NCBI GenBank assembly: GCA_964587045.1
Contig: CAZPJY010000004.1
Span: 699 to 64,698, forward strand
Origin: an uncultured Methanosarcinales archaeon
Lineage (GTDB): Archaea > Nanobdellota > Nanobdellia > Woesearchaeales > CAZPJY01
Length of the DNA stretch: 64,000 nt
Direction of reading: 5' to 3'
Positions 19,044 to 29,074 of the stretch are shown here, piece by piece (position 1 is the stretch's first letter; every line of letters starts with the position of its first letter). The notes beneath the pieces were generated by a model. The model ran no database searches and was not told the DNA's origin. It saw nothing but the letters and a program-made list of their open reading frames with translations. The translations under genes and the position numbers were made by a program.

Positions 19044-19118
19044 GCGAAGTGAAAAAGCACGGACGTTTTTAATTCTTTTGCCGCAAAGCTTTTATTCACG
19101 CCGGCCATCCGGGTTAGC

Positions 19119-19499
19119 ATGCTCAAGGTGCTCGCTTTCGGAAACACCCTTCACCAGGAGGACAAGGTTGCGATAGACATCGCCAGGGAGCTGACCATCC
19201 CGGGCGTCGTGTTTTCCGAGTGCCACTCCCTCGACCAGGCACTTCAGGCTGCGAGGGGTGACACCATAATACTAGACGTAGCCAGGGGGATAGACAGAGT
19301 TATGCTTATAGATGACCTGGACAGGATAAAAGCTCGGCACCTCTACAGCCTCCACGACTTCGATCTTGGCTACTTCCTCAAGCTGATGCAGAGCATGGGA
19401 TCTTTGGACAGCGTGAGGATTCTCGCGCTGCCTTACGGACGCGCGTCCCACGAGGTCATCGACGAGGTTGCTCAGGTTCTGCGCTCCCTGGTCGAGTAG
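19119..19499 (+). CDS. Hydrogenase maturation endopeptidase (HycI/HybD family)
   Basis: MLKVLAFGNTLHQEDKVAIDIAREL matches the hydrogenase maturation protease N-terminal signature (GNxLxxDDGxG). About 126 aa. Confidence 0.6.
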   Translation: MLKVLAFGNTLHQEDKVAIDIARELTIPGVVFSECHSLDQALQAARGDTIILDVARGIDRVMLIDDLDRIKARHLYSLHDFDLGYFLKLMQSMGSLDSVRILALPYGRASHEVIDEVAQVLRSLVE

Positions 19500-19536
19500 A
19501 AAATTTTATATAGGCAGCGACCATTGGGTTCAGTGG

Positions 19537-20484
19537 ATGGGGAAGGTTATTCCGAAAGCTGATTTCAACAGGTGGCTTCGCAAGCTTTCTAGGAAATACG
19601 AACTGATCGGGCCTGTCAAGTCAGACCTGGTTAGATACTCGAATTTTGAGAGGCTCGAGGACCTGGAGCTGAGCGAGCTGCCCTACTACTCCTTCAAGCG
19701 GTACTTCTTCCCGCCCAAAGAGGAGCTCTTCTCATTTTCGAAAGACAGGGTGAAGCTTCCAAAGGTCAAGGCGCAAAGGAGGATCATCATAGGCGCTCCC
19801 CTAGCTGACATCAACGCCTTGAGGGTGATGGACAAGATATTCCTCGGCGACTACAAGGACGAAGGGTACGCCGAAAGGAGGAAGAACACGCTGCTGGTGG
19901 GATACGCCGACTTCCAGCCTGACGAGTACTGCTTCTCCAGCTCGTTCGACCAGGAGCCCTGCTACGACCTGATGCTCCACGAAAAAGGTGACAGCTTCTA
20001 CGTCGAGGTCGGCAGCGAAGCGGGACGAAAGCTAGTCCGAGGATTCAAGGAAGGCCAAGCCCCGAAGAAGAAGAAAATGGTCTTCCAAAAGAAGCTCGAG
20101 GTAAAGGACATCAAAGCCCACTACGACAGCCCCAAATGGGACAAGGAGGCAGAAAAATGCCTCGGCTGCGCCGGCTGCACCATCATTTGCCCAACCTGCG
20201 CGTGCTTCAACGTCTTCGACGACGCCAACTTCGACTTCATATCCGGAACTCGGTTCAAGGAGTGGGAGACGTGTGACGCCAAGAACTTCACGACGGTCGC
20301 GGGCAACTTCGCATTCAGGGATGACAGGTCGTCGAGGATGAAGCACAGGATATACCACAAGATGGTCTATTATCATGACTCCTTCGGAGGCTACATGTGC
20401 GTCGGCTGCGGCAGGTGCCTGCGCGTATGCCCTGTGGGCATAGACTTCGTCAAGGTATCTAACTCATTCAAGAGGAAAAAATGA
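19537..20484 (+). CDS. hydB: Sulfhydrogenase (group 3b [NiFe] hydrogenase) beta subunit, 4Fe-4S protein
   Basis: CLGCAGCTIICPTCACFNV and CVGCGRCLRVCPVG cluster motifs, collinear with Pyrococcus HydB. The start is set at the ATG at 19537, about 25 nt downstream of a ttttatata TATA box. The listed ORF begins at 19468. Confidence 0.75.
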   Translation: MGKVIPKADFNRWLRKLSRKYELIGPVKSDLVRYSNFERLEDLELSELPYYSFKRYFFPPKEELFSFSKDRVKLPKVKAQRRIIIGAPLADINALRVMDKIFLGDYKDEGYAERRKNTLLVGYADFQPDEYCFSSSFDQEPCYDLMLHEKGDSFYVEVGSEAGRKLVRGFKEGQAPKKKKMVFQKKLEVKDIKAHYDSPKWDKEAEKCLGCAGCTIICPTCACFNVFDDANFDFISGTRFKEWETCDAKNFTTVAGNFAFRDDRSSRMKHRIYHKMVYYHDSFGGYMCVGCGRCLRVCPVGIDFVKVSNSFKRKK

Positions 20485-21272
20485 GCGGGAAGGAATACGA
20501 ACCAAGACAGGTAGAGATCCTCAAGGTCGTCGACGAGACGCCTGATACCAAGACATTCAGGCTTAAGACGAGGATCAATCTGCTGCCCGGCCAGTTCGTC
20601 GAGGCCAGCGTGCTCGGCATCGGAGAGGCGCCGATATCCAACTGCTCTTACAACGGAGAATTCCTCGAGCTCATGATACGCGATGTCGGGAATGTCACGC
20701 ACGCGATCCACCAGCTCAAGGCAGGAGACAAGCTGTGGATACGAGGCCCGTACGGGCACGGCTACCCGATGGAGGAGATGAAGCACAAGAACATCCTGGT
20801 CGTGGCTGGCGGCACAGGCGCTGCCCCTCCCCGCTCAGTGCTGCAGTATGTTGAGCATCACAGGAGAGACTACGGCGACGTGAGGGCGATCATAGGATTC
20901 CGGAGCCCAAAAGACCTCATATTCAAGTACGATTTCGAGAGGTTCTCGCGTCTGTTCGACTTCACAGTGACCGTCGACAAGGGAGACGACACCTGGAATG
21001 GAAAGGTCGGGCTGGTGACCCAAATACTCGAAGAGAAGAAGGTGCCTGCCCAGAACACTGCCGTGGTGACGTGCGGACCGCCGATAATGATCAAATTCGT
21101 CATACAATCGCTGAAGAAGCTCGGTTTCTACGACAGCCAGATCTACGTGAGCTACGAGAGGCACATGCGCTGCGGGCTTGGGCACTGCGGCCACTGCATC
21201 TTCAGCGACAAGTACATATGCAAGGACGGGCCGGTGTTCCGGTACGACCAGGTCAAGGAGTTGCATGACTGA
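20481..21272 (+). CDS. hydG: Sulfhydrogenase gamma subunit (FAD/NAD(P)-binding, 2Fe-2S)
   Basis: A ferredoxin-NADP reductase-like fold with GGTGAAP and a C-terminal CGLGHCGHC cluster motif. Confidence 0.75.
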   Translation: MSGKEYEPRQVEILKVVDETPDTKTFRLKTRINLLPGQFVEASVLGIGEAPISNCSYNGEFLELMIRDVGNVTHAIHQLKAGDKLWIRGPYGHGYPMEEMKHKNILVVAGGTGAAPPRSVLQYVEHHRRDYGDVRAIIGFRSPKDLIFKYDFERFSRLFDFTVTVDKGDDTWNGKVGLVTQILEEKKVPAQNTAVVTCGPPIMIKFVIQSLKKLGFYDSQIYVSYERHMRCGLGHCGHCIFSDKYICKDGPVFRYDQVKELHD

Positions 21273-22066
21273 TGAAGCCTAAAGTGGGAATATTCGGTGT
21301 GACCTCATGCATGGGGTGCATGCTCACCGTGCTTTTCGACGAGCACCTGCTCAAGATAGTCGAGCTGATAGACCTCAGGGCTTGGCACCTGGCGAAGGAG
21401 AAGAACGATCCGGGCCCATTCGACATCGTGATATGCGAAGGGACCATTGTCAACAAGGAGGACCTGGAATACGTAAAGAAGCTGAGGGAGAAGGCCGGGT
21501 TCCTCATCTCGCTCGGAGCGTGCGCTGTCCATGGCAACATGCCTGCCATGAAGAACTTGATGAGCCGCTACGAGGTCGAGCACTCAGTATATGACAGGAA
21601 GATCGACTCACATCCCATCAATCCGGCGCCGCTCTCCAAGCATGTCGATGTCGATTACGAGATTCCCGGCTGCCCTCCTGCCAAGGACGAGATAAGGAGC
21701 GTACTAAAGGACCTGCTCCTGGGCAGGAAGCCCCACAGGATCGAGCGGCCCGTGTGCTTCGAGTGCCGCTTAAGGGAGAACAGGTGCCTGCTCAACGACG
21801 GAATCCCTTGCATGGGACCACTGACCCAGGCCGGATGCCATGCCCTCTGCCCATCGGTGAACCACCCCTGCACAGGATGCAGGGGGCCAATCGGAGACTC
21901 AAACTACGCCTCGGAATTCTCCAAGCTACTGGAGTTAGGCTACGACAAGGATTTCATCATGAAGAAGATGAGCAAGTACGCGGCGCCTGACGTCAAGGAG
22001 AAGCTGACGAAAGTCAGGATGGGCGAGTCGGAGCGCGTGAGACGAACTGTGAGGAAGCTCAGATGA
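21272..22066 (+). CDS. hydD: [NiFe] hydrogenase small (delta) subunit
   Basis: N-terminus GIFGVTSCMGCM...; cysteine ligands GCPP, CFEC and CTGCRG. The start overlaps the hydG stop (TGATG). Confidence 0.8.
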   Translation: MKPKVGIFGVTSCMGCMLTVLFDEHLLKIVELIDLRAWHLAKEKNDPGPFDIVICEGTIVNKEDLEYVKKLREKAGFLISLGACAVHGNMPAMKNLMSRYEVEHSVYDRKIDSHPINPAPLSKHVDVDYEIPGCPPAKDEIRSVLKDLLLGRKPHRIERPVCFECRLRENRCLLNDGIPCMGPLTQAGCHALCPSVNHPCTGCRGPIGDSNYASEFSKLLELGYDKDFIMKKMSKYAAPDVKEKLTKVRMGESERVRRTVRKLR

Positions 22067-23346
22067 CAGTAATAAAGCTCAACCACATCTGCAAGGTCGA
22101 GGGGCACGCCAAGTTACATCTGAATATCGAGAGGGGCAAGGTAAAGACGTGCGAGCTCGCCGTGACCGAAGGCGCGCGCTTCTTCGAAGGTCTGCTCAAG
22201 GGCAAGCACTACTCCGACGCAAAGGAGATCACGTCACGCATATGCGGCATCTGCAGCTGCGGGCACGTGGTAGCGAGCCTGAAGGCGACGGAAGCGGCGT
22301 TCGGCCTGGAGGTTAGCAAGCAGACCGACGTGCTGCGCGAGCTCCTCACCATGGGAGAACGCATCAGGAGCCACGCGACCCACATGTACCTGCTCGCGCT
22401 TCCCGACTACCTGGGCTACGACTCCGCCATCGCGATGGCTGCAAAGTACAAGACCGAGGTCAGCAGGGCCCTGAAGATTGTGGGCGTTGGCAACAAGATG
22501 GTCGAGACCGTCGGCGGGAGGGAGATGCATCCTGTGAGCCCAGTCGTCGGAGGCTTCACCCATGTGATCAACAAGAAGGAGCAGGGCTTCCTCATAGACC
22601 AGCTGCACTCCATAAGGAAGGACTGTGAGAAGTCAGCAGAGCTCTTCTTGTCTTTGGACTACCCCAGGTTCGAGCATGATATCGAGAATATCTCGCTCCT
22701 GCAGCAGGAGAAGTTCCCGCTGATCCATGGGATCATAATATCCAACAGGGGGGTCTCGTTCGAGCCGCAGGACTACAAAAAGTTCATCGCCGAGCACATC
22801 AACCACTACTCGAACGCCAAGTTCGCAACCCGGGACGGCAAGGGATACCGTACCAACGCCCTTGCGAGGGTAAATCTCAACTATGAGCTGCTGGGCAACA
22901 AAGAGAAGGAGATGGTCTCCAAATCAAAGTACTCGTTCCCTTCGGTCAACCCCTTCCTGAACAACGCGGCGCAGGGCCTCGAGCTCATGCACTGGACAGA
23001 CCGGGCCATCGAGATGCTCGAGGGCTTCGAGTTCGGTCCAGAAGAGGTCCTCAAGCCTTCAGTAGGTGAGGGGAGGGGTGTAGGTGTTGTGGAGGTTCCA
23101 CGTGGCATCCTGATCCACGACTACACCCATGACAAGAAGGGATTCATCAAGCGCGCAAACATCATCACGCCCACCGTCCAGATGCTGCAGGGCATGCAGG
23201 ACGGCATCACCCTGTACGTCGAGCATCTGCTGAGAGAGAAGAGCATGACCAACGAGAAGCTCGTGCTCGAGATAGAGAAGCTCATACGCGCGCACGACCC
23301 GTGCTTTTCGTGCTCATGCCACTTCTTAGAGGTCGACTGGAGCTAG
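22063..23346 (+). CDS. hydA: [NiFe] hydrogenase large (alpha) subunit
   Basis: N-terminal RICGICSCGH (RxCGxCxxxH) and C-terminal DPCFSCSCH (DPCxxCxxH) nickel-binding motifs. Confidence 0.85.
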   Translation: MTVIKLNHICKVEGHAKLHLNIERGKVKTCELAVTEGARFFEGLLKGKHYSDAKEITSRICGICSCGHVVASLKATEAAFGLEVSKQTDVLRELLTMGERIRSHATHMYLLALPDYLGYDSAIAMAAKYKTEVSRALKIVGVGNKMVETVGGREMHPVSPVVGGFTHVINKKEQGFLIDQLHSIRKDCEKSAELFLSLDYPRFEHDIENISLLQQEKFPLIHGIIISNRGVSFEPQDYKKFIAEHINHYSNAKFATRDGKGYRTNALARVNLNYELLGNKEKEMVSKSKYSFPSVNPFLNNAAQGLELMHWTDRAIEMLEGFEFGPEEVLKPSVGEGRGVGVVEVPRGILIHDYTHDKKGFIKRANIITPTVQMLQGMQDGITLYVEHLLREKSMTNEKLVLEIEKLIRAHDPCFSCSCHFLEVDWS

Positions 23347-23429
23347 GTTATCGGTGAATTGGCCGATTTCACTGGAACTGCGCTAGCCAGTGCCTGTATC
23401 TAACAAAACAGCCACACCCCAGGTCGAGT

Positions 23430-23951
23430 CTATGTGTAGCCCTTGGTCCAGAACTCGTCCGACATCTCGTTGGTGAGCTTCCGCGCCTCTTCTGGGTCCA
23501 CCCTTTTCCGGATGATCTCTAAAACCTTGCGGTCCCTAAGCGTCTTTTCCGGGCTCCTGTGCAGGCCGGTGAGCTGCGCCATCTTGGACACAAGCAGGGA
23601 CTCTGGGCTCAGCACCTTGAGTTTGTACCCTTCGAACTCTACCTCCACAGCTCTGGGGACCAGCACCCTGGACGCGTTGGTGTTGCAGCAGATGTCGAAA
23701 GTGGTGCCGTTCTTCTCGACAGTCTTCATTGCCCATCGGTCGCCATCGTTCTCTTCCCTGGTAAGTTTCCATCCCTTGGAAACGAAGTCCTCAGCAATGG
23801 GTGCGATGTCAGCAATGGACTTAGTAAATATGTCTATGTCCTCGGAAGCTTCGACGCCTGTCTGCAGAAAACCGGCGAAACCGGCGAATATGACATAGCC
23901 GTCAATGCGGGCGAGGTAGCCCATCAATTCTCTCATCTCTTTTGTTATCAT
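23430..23951 (-). CDS. Nucleotidyltransferase-domain protein
   Basis: GFAGFLQTGVEASEDIDIF matches the minimal NTase G[SF]x...[DE]xD motif. 173 aa with a C-terminal extension. Confidence 0.45.
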   Translation of the reverse strand: MITKEMRELMGYLARIDGYVIFAGFAGFLQTGVEASEDIDIFTKSIADIAPIAEDFVSKGWKLTREENDGDRWAMKTVEKNGTTFDICCNTNASRVLVPRAVEVEFEGYKLKVLSPESLLVSKMAQLTGLHRSPEKTLRDRKVLEIIRKRVDPEEARKLTNEMSDEFWTKGYT

Positions 23952-24025
23952 ATGCAGTGATTAAAGCACCGACTATATAAACCTGAGCATAAAAAATAAA
24001 AACAGCCTGTGCATCCCCAGGTGAT

Positions 24026-25075
24026 ATGGCCTTCCTGGACGCGACTTTTTTCGGAAACACCGTTCTGAAGTATATTATATTCTTCGGCATCATCATTGGC
24101 GCGATAGTTGTTGGGAGAATCATATATTACCTAACGCAGGGCATTGGAAGAAAGCTCACCAAGAAGACGAAGGGCAGCCTTGATGATATCATCCTAGACC
24201 TGATTGAGGAGCCATTGGTTTTCCTTATCTTCGTCGGCGGCATGTTCATCGCAAAATCCACTATCTACATGTCCGACCGGTTCACGGTGTTCTATGATAA
24301 CACCCTCAAGATTCTCGTAATACTGGCTATCGCCTATTTCATAATCAAGCTTATCGACTCGCTCATGGTGCACTACCTGCAGCCGATTACCAGCAAGACC
24401 AAGTCGGACCTTGATGATCAACTGATCCCCATAATCAGGAAGCTGGTGAAGTGGACTCTGATCATAATCACAGGCATCATGGTCATCAGCGAGTTCGGCT
24501 ACGACGTGACCTCAATCATCGCCGGAGTCGGAATCGGCGGACTCGCGTTCGCCCTCGCGGCGCAGGACATGCTCAAGAACTTCTTCGGAGGCCTAACCCT
24601 GCTTTCGGACAAGCCGTTCAAGGTCAACCAGAGGGTCAAGATTGGATCATACGACGGGTTCGTCCGCGAGATCGGCATCAGGAGCACCAGGATTGAGACC
24701 TTCGAGGGGACCAAGCTGACCCTCCCCAACTCGTACGTGGCAGACAATGTAATCGAAAACGTCTCTGCGGAGAGGGCGAGAAGGGTCAAGATGATGATCG
24801 GCCTCACCTACAACACTACCGCTGACCAGCTTGAGAAGGCCAAGAAGATCCTCTCAGAAATCATCCTCAAAAACGACAAGACGGATGACGAGAGCAAGGT
24901 AATCTTCGATTCGTTCGGCGACTTCTCGGTAAACATCATGCTAATCTACTGGATCAAGGACCTCAAGCAGATACTGGAGACAAAGGATGAGGTCAACTTA
25001 GCCATAAAGCGGCGCTTCGACCAGGAAGGCCTGGATTTCGCGTTCCCGACCCAAACCATATATGTTGCCAAGTAA
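24026..25075 (+). CDS. mscS: Small-conductance mechanosensitive channel (MscS family)
   Basis: N-terminal TM helices followed by the MscS beta-domain signature GLTLLSDKPFKVNQRVKIGSYDGFVREIGIRSTRIETFEGTKLTLPNS. Confidence 0.8.
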   Translation: MAFLDATFFGNTVLKYIIFFGIIIGAIVVGRIIYYLTQGIGRKLTKKTKGSLDDIILDLIEEPLVFLIFVGGMFIAKSTIYMSDRFTVFYDNTLKILVILAIAYFIIKLIDSLMVHYLQPITSKTKSDLDDQLIPIIRKLVKWTLIIITGIMVISEFGYDVTSIIAGVGIGGLAFALAAQDMLKNFFGGLTLLSDKPFKVNQRVKIGSYDGFVREIGIRSTRIETFEGTKLTLPNSYVADNVIENVSAERARRVKMMIGLTYNTTADQLEKAKKILSEIILKNDKTDDESKVIFDSFGDFSVNIMLIYWIKDLKQILETKDEVNLAIKRRFDQEGLDFAFPTQTIYVAK

Positions 25076-25174
25076 AAATCAAAAATTTTAAATACCTTCT
25101 TTGGATTATCCTCCTAGAAAAAGAGGTGAAAGTCCTTCTTTCACAAGTAATATATAGCGAATCGCAATAGGGGT

Positions 25175-25756
25175 TTGTCAATGTCCAAGGACATAACGGA
25201 GATAAGGTTCCACGGAAGGGGAGGCCAAGGGGCAAAGACGGCAGCCGAGCTGCTGGCAGATGCCGCCCTCGAATCGGGCAAGTACATCCAGAGCTTTCCG
25301 GAGTACGGAGCTGAGAGGCAGGGCGCTCCCATGAAGGCGTTCACGCGCATCTCTGACAAGCAGATAGTGATCCACTGCGGTGTTACGAACCCAAACATCG
25401 TGGCGGTCGTCGACCCAACGCTTATTTACAGCATCCCGGTCACCGAAGGCCTTGACGAGAACGGGCTGCTCATAGTAAACACCGATCTCCCTGCACAGGA
25501 TGTCAGAAAAATCTTGGGCTGGAAGGGCAGGCTCATCGTGCTGAACGCCACCAAGATAGCGCTCGACGAGCTCGGAAGGCCTGTTACCAACACGGCCATG
25601 CTCGGAGCTCTTCTCAAGGGCAACGAGCTGGTGCCGTTCGACTCCATGAAGGAGATTATGAAGAGCAAGCTCACGGCTAAGATCGGAGGCGATCTGGCTG
25701 AGCGGAACATCAAAGCGCTCGAGAGGGCGCATAACGAGGCGCAGGTAGATGGGTGA
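25175..25756 (+). CDS. porG: Pyruvate:ferredoxin oxidoreductase gamma subunit
   Basis: EIRFHGRGGQGAKTAAELLADAA is the canonical PorG N-terminus. Confidence 0.85.
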   Translation: MSMSKDITEIRFHGRGGQGAKTAAELLADAALESGKYIQSFPEYGAERQGAPMKAFTRISDKQIVIHCGVTNPNIVAVVDPTLIYSIPVTEGLDENGLLIVNTDLPAQDVRKILGWKGRLIVLNATKIALDELGRPVTNTAMLGALLKGNELVPFDSMKEIMKSKLTAKIGGDLAERNIKALERAHNEAQVDG

Positions 25757-26285
25757 GGTACCAATGGCCCACAAGGATATCGAATGCAAGCACGAGAAGA
25801 GCCAGCACCGCCCGGACATGAAGTACCAAGAGATTCCAATAGGCGGAATCATAGAGGAGGCTGGCAACTCGATATGCTATCCCACAGGGGACTGGCGAAC
25901 ATTCATTCCTGTCCACATACCTGAGAAGTGCACCGATTGCGTCATCTGCTGGTTCAACTGCCCTGACTCTTCCATCGTGCCGAGGGATGGCGACTTCGAC
26001 AGGTTCCTTTACACCCACTGCAAGGGATGCGGCATCTGCGAGGCAGTATGCCCGACCAAGGCTATCAAGCTACTGACTGAAAAGGAGTTCAAGGAGCAGC
26101 TCCCTGAGAAGACCAAATGCTATTCCTGCGGAAAGGAGATAAATGTCAAGGAGTTCAAGGACGATCAGATGTTTGTCATCTACGTGACCGAGGGCGAGAA
26201 TCTCGCGCTGAAGTTCTTCTGCTGCAGGGAATGCTATGACAAGAAGCATGCGGAGATCCGCGAAGCGAGGAGGGCTGGAAAGTGA
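25749..26285 (+). CDS. porD: Pyruvate:ferredoxin oxidoreductase delta subunit (2x[4Fe-4S]) with an unusual 70-aa C-terminal Cys-rich extension
   Basis: CTDCVICWFNCP and CKGCGICEAVCP, followed by an extra ...CYSCGKE...CCRECYD tail. Confidence 0.75.
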   Translation: MGEVPMAHKDIECKHEKSQHRPDMKYQEIPIGGIIEEAGNSICYPTGDWRTFIPVHIPEKCTDCVICWFNCPDSSIVPRDGDFDRFLYTHCKGCGICEAVCPTKAIKLLTEKEFKEQLPEKTKCYSCGKEINVKEFKDDQMFVIYVTEGENLALKFFCCRECYDKKHAEIREARRAGK

Positions 26286-27463
26286 GCACCAGACGAGCTT
26301 TGACCGGGGCTGAGGCATCAGCAGAGGCGATGAAACAGATCAACCCGGATGTCGTCGCAGCTTACCCAATCACGCCTCAGACTCCCATCATGCACGCGTT
26401 CTCCCAGTTCGTCGCCGACGGCTCTGTGGACACGGAGCTGATAACTGTGGAGAGCGAGCATTCCGCAATGAGTGCGTGCGTGGGAGCATCGGCAGCCGGA
26501 GGCAGGGCGATGACCGCAACAGCTGCTAACGGACTCGCACTCATGATCGAGATAGTCTACATCGCAGCTTCCAACAGGCTGCCGATAGTGATGAACATTG
26601 TCAACAGGGCGCTGTCAGGTCCTATCAACATCCACTGCGACCACTCGGATTCCATGGCATGCCGGGACTCAGGCTGGCTACAGATGTATTCTGAAAACGG
26701 GCAGGAAGCATATGAGAACACCATCATGGCCACAAGGATTGCCGAACACCCTGACGTGCTCCTTCCAGTAATGGTCTGCCAGGACGGATTCATAACGAGC
26801 CACGCCGTCGAGAACGTCGACGTCCTCGATGACAAGCAGGTGAAAGACTTTGTCGGAGAGCACAAGGGGCATCACCCCCTGCTCGACGTTGACCACCCAG
26901 TATCCTCCGGGCCATTGGACCTGTTTGATTACTATTTTGAGCACAAGCAGCAGCAGCTCGACGCAATGGAGCGGTCTGTCAAGGTCATTCACGATGTGTT
27001 TGCTGAGTTCGGGAAGGTCACTGGCAAGAAGTACGAGTTCTTCGAGGAGTACTTCACAAAAGACGCCGAGATTATCATTGTTGCCCTGTCTTCAAGCGCA
27101 GGGACTATCAAAGCAGTAGTCGACGAGCTCCGCGCTCAAGGCAAGAAGGTGGGACTGGTTAAGCCCAGGGTTTTCCGACCCTTCGTCAACCAGTATATTG
27201 TAGACATCCTCAAGAACGCGAAGGCTGTGGCAGTGCTGGACAGGTCTGCATCTTTTGGCGCGACAGGCGGTCCCCTGTTCCTTGAGACGAGAAGCGCGTT
27301 CCATGACGAGCCGAAGAAGCCAAAGATAGTGAACTATATCTACGGTCTGGGCGGCCGCGAACTAGACCTAGTCCAGATACATAAGGTGTACGAAGATCTA
27401 TCAAAGATTGCCCAAACCGGCAAATTCGACCATCTGGTGCAGAGCTTGGGGGTGCGAAGATGA
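26282..27463 (+). CDS. porA: Pyruvate:ferredoxin oxidoreductase alpha subunit
   Basis: LTGAEASAEAMKQINPDVVAAYPITPQTPI N-terminus typical of PorA/VorA. Confidence 0.85.
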   Translation: MSTRRALTGAEASAEAMKQINPDVVAAYPITPQTPIMHAFSQFVADGSVDTELITVESEHSAMSACVGASAAGGRAMTATAANGLALMIEIVYIAASNRLPIVMNIVNRALSGPINIHCDHSDSMACRDSGWLQMYSENGQEAYENTIMATRIAEHPDVLLPVMVCQDGFITSHAVENVDVLDDKQVKDFVGEHKGHHPLLDVDHPVSSGPLDLFDYYFEHKQQQLDAMERSVKVIHDVFAEFGKVTGKKYEFFEEYFTKDAEIIIVALSSSAGTIKAVVDELRAQGKKVGLVKPRVFRPFVNQYIVDILKNAKAVAVLDRSASFGATGGPLFLETRSAFHDEPKKPKIVNYIYGLGGRELDLVQIHKVYEDLSKIAQTGKFDHLVQSLGVRR

Positions 27464-28392
27464 CCAACCTAAAGGAGTTCTCCAAGCGGCCTGAGCGCCT
27501 AGCACCAGGACATCGGCTCTGCCCGGGATGCGGCCTTTCCATAATCACCAGAGCGATCCTAAAGGCAACCGAGGACCCTGTCGTCGTGACCAACGCGACA
27601 GGCTGCCTCGAGGTCTCCACCACAATTTATCCTTTCAGCTCATGGCGCGTCCCATGGATGCACAACGCTTTCGAGAATGCCGCAGCGACCCTTTCAGGCA
27701 TCGAGAAGGCCTATGTCGCCCTGAAGAAGAAGGGCAAGATCAACCGACCGGTCAAGTTCCTGGCCTTCGGAGGTGACGGTGGCACTTACGACATCGGCCT
27801 CCAGTCGCTGTCAGGAATGCTCGAGCGCGGTCATGACACTGTATATGTGTGCGTGGACAACGAGGGCTACATGAACACAGGCATCCAGAGGTCCAGCTCG
27901 ACGCCTTACGGCGCCTGGACAAAGACCAGCCCTGTCGGGGCAGCTCACCAGGGCAAAGAGCAGTTCAGGAAGGACCTGACCGAGATATGCGCCGCCCACC
28001 ATATACCTTACATCGCGCAGGCATCAATCCATAACTTTATGGATCTTATAAGGAAGGCTGAGACCGCCTTCAACACGCCAGGGCCTGCCTTCATCAACGT
28101 CCTCAGCCCGTGCATACCCGGCTGGAGGACCATGCCCCAGGACACGGTCAGCCTGGCCAAGACTGCAGTCCTGACCAACTTCTGGCCACTCTACGAGGTG
28201 GTCAACGACAAATGGGTTCTCAATTTCGATCCCGGCGACAAGAAGCTTCCCATAGAGGAGTGGCTCAAACCCCAGAGGCGCTTCAGGCACCTCTTCCGTG
28301 AGGAGAACAAGCACATCATCGGGGAGCTGCAGGCCGAGATAGACCGCAGGTTCGAGCTTCTCAAGCGCAAAGCCGCAATTTCCAAGGATTAG
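27460..28392 (+). CDS. porB: Pyruvate:ferredoxin oxidoreductase beta subunit (TPP-binding)
   Basis: CPGCG...GCLEV...AFGGDGGTYDIG is the TPP-binding GDG motif. Confidence 0.85.
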   Translation: MTNLKEFSKRPERLAPGHRLCPGCGLSIITRAILKATEDPVVVTNATGCLEVSTTIYPFSSWRVPWMHNAFENAAATLSGIEKAYVALKKKGKINRPVKFLAFGGDGGTYDIGLQSLSGMLERGHDTVYVCVDNEGYMNTGIQRSSSTPYGAWTKTSPVGAAHQGKEQFRKDLTEICAAHHIPYIAQASIHNFMDLIRKAETAFNTPGPAFINVLSPCIPGWRTMPQDTVSLAKTAVLTNFWPLYEVVNDKWVLNFDPGDKKLPIEEWLKPQRRFRHLFREENKHIIGELQAEIDRRFELLKRKAAISKD

Positions 28393-28425
28393 CTTTTTAA
28401 ATACCCGCTTTCTCACCCGCCCCAG

Positions 28426-28737
28426 GTGATTATTTTGGGTAAAGGAAGATACAGGATGATACCGATAACGTTCATGATTGCAGCTGTTGCCGCATTCGGA
28501 TACAAGCAGTTCTCGCCTCCAAGCCTAGAGGACACGGTCAGCGATTTTGGCACCAGGCATGGCTCTTACGTGACCCGGGCGAGCTTCCTAGAGAGCCGTG
28601 GGTGGTGGTATGAGAGCAAGAGAGTCACTCCGCAGACCGATGGGACCTGGAAGGTCGAATATTTCAAGGATGACATCAACGACCCATCGCGCGCCTACAT
28701 CTTCCAAGACGACGGCAGCTACAGCGAGGTGAATTAG
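28426..28737 (+). CDS. Small membrane-anchored protein, paralog 1 of 3
   Basis: N-terminal TM helix; shares ESR...W and D-x-D-G-x motifs with the two downstream ORFs. Confidence 0.4.
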   Translation: MIILGKGRYRMIPITFMIAAVAAFGYKQFSPPSLEDTVSDFGTRHGSYVTRASFLESRGWWYESKRVTPQTDGTWKVEYFKDDINDPSRAYIFQDDGSYSEVN

Positions 28738-29070
28738 ATGGGGTTCGGACAGAGAGTGCTTGGAACCCTAATCGGGCTTGCTCTGGCTGCTGGAGGAGCG
28801 ACCGTGTACAAGAACGTCTCCCCAATGACCTACAAGGTCGAGATTGACCCGCGCATCCACACAGTGAGCGAGAACGTTGTTAAAGGAAAGGCTCCATGGC
28901 TGGAATCGAGGGCCTGGCCATGGGATGACAACTTCTTTGAGAGATCCGACAAGGAACTTGTGAAGTACCAGGGAATCAAGGTGGCGATCTATGATGATGA
29001 CATGGACGGCGCGCCGGACAGGTACAACGCAGACATACCAAAAAGTCTACTGGATAAAATATACAAATGA
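28738..29070 (+). CDS. Small membrane-anchored protein, paralog 2 of 3
   Basis: TM helix followed by KGKAPWLESR...DDDMDGAPDRY. Confidence 0.4.
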   Translation: MGFGQRVLGTLIGLALAAGGATVYKNVSPMTYKVEIDPRIHTVSENVVKGKAPWLESRAWPWDDNFFERSDKELVKYQGIKVAIYDDDMDGAPDRYNADIPKSLLDKIYK

Positions 29071-29074
29071 GGGA

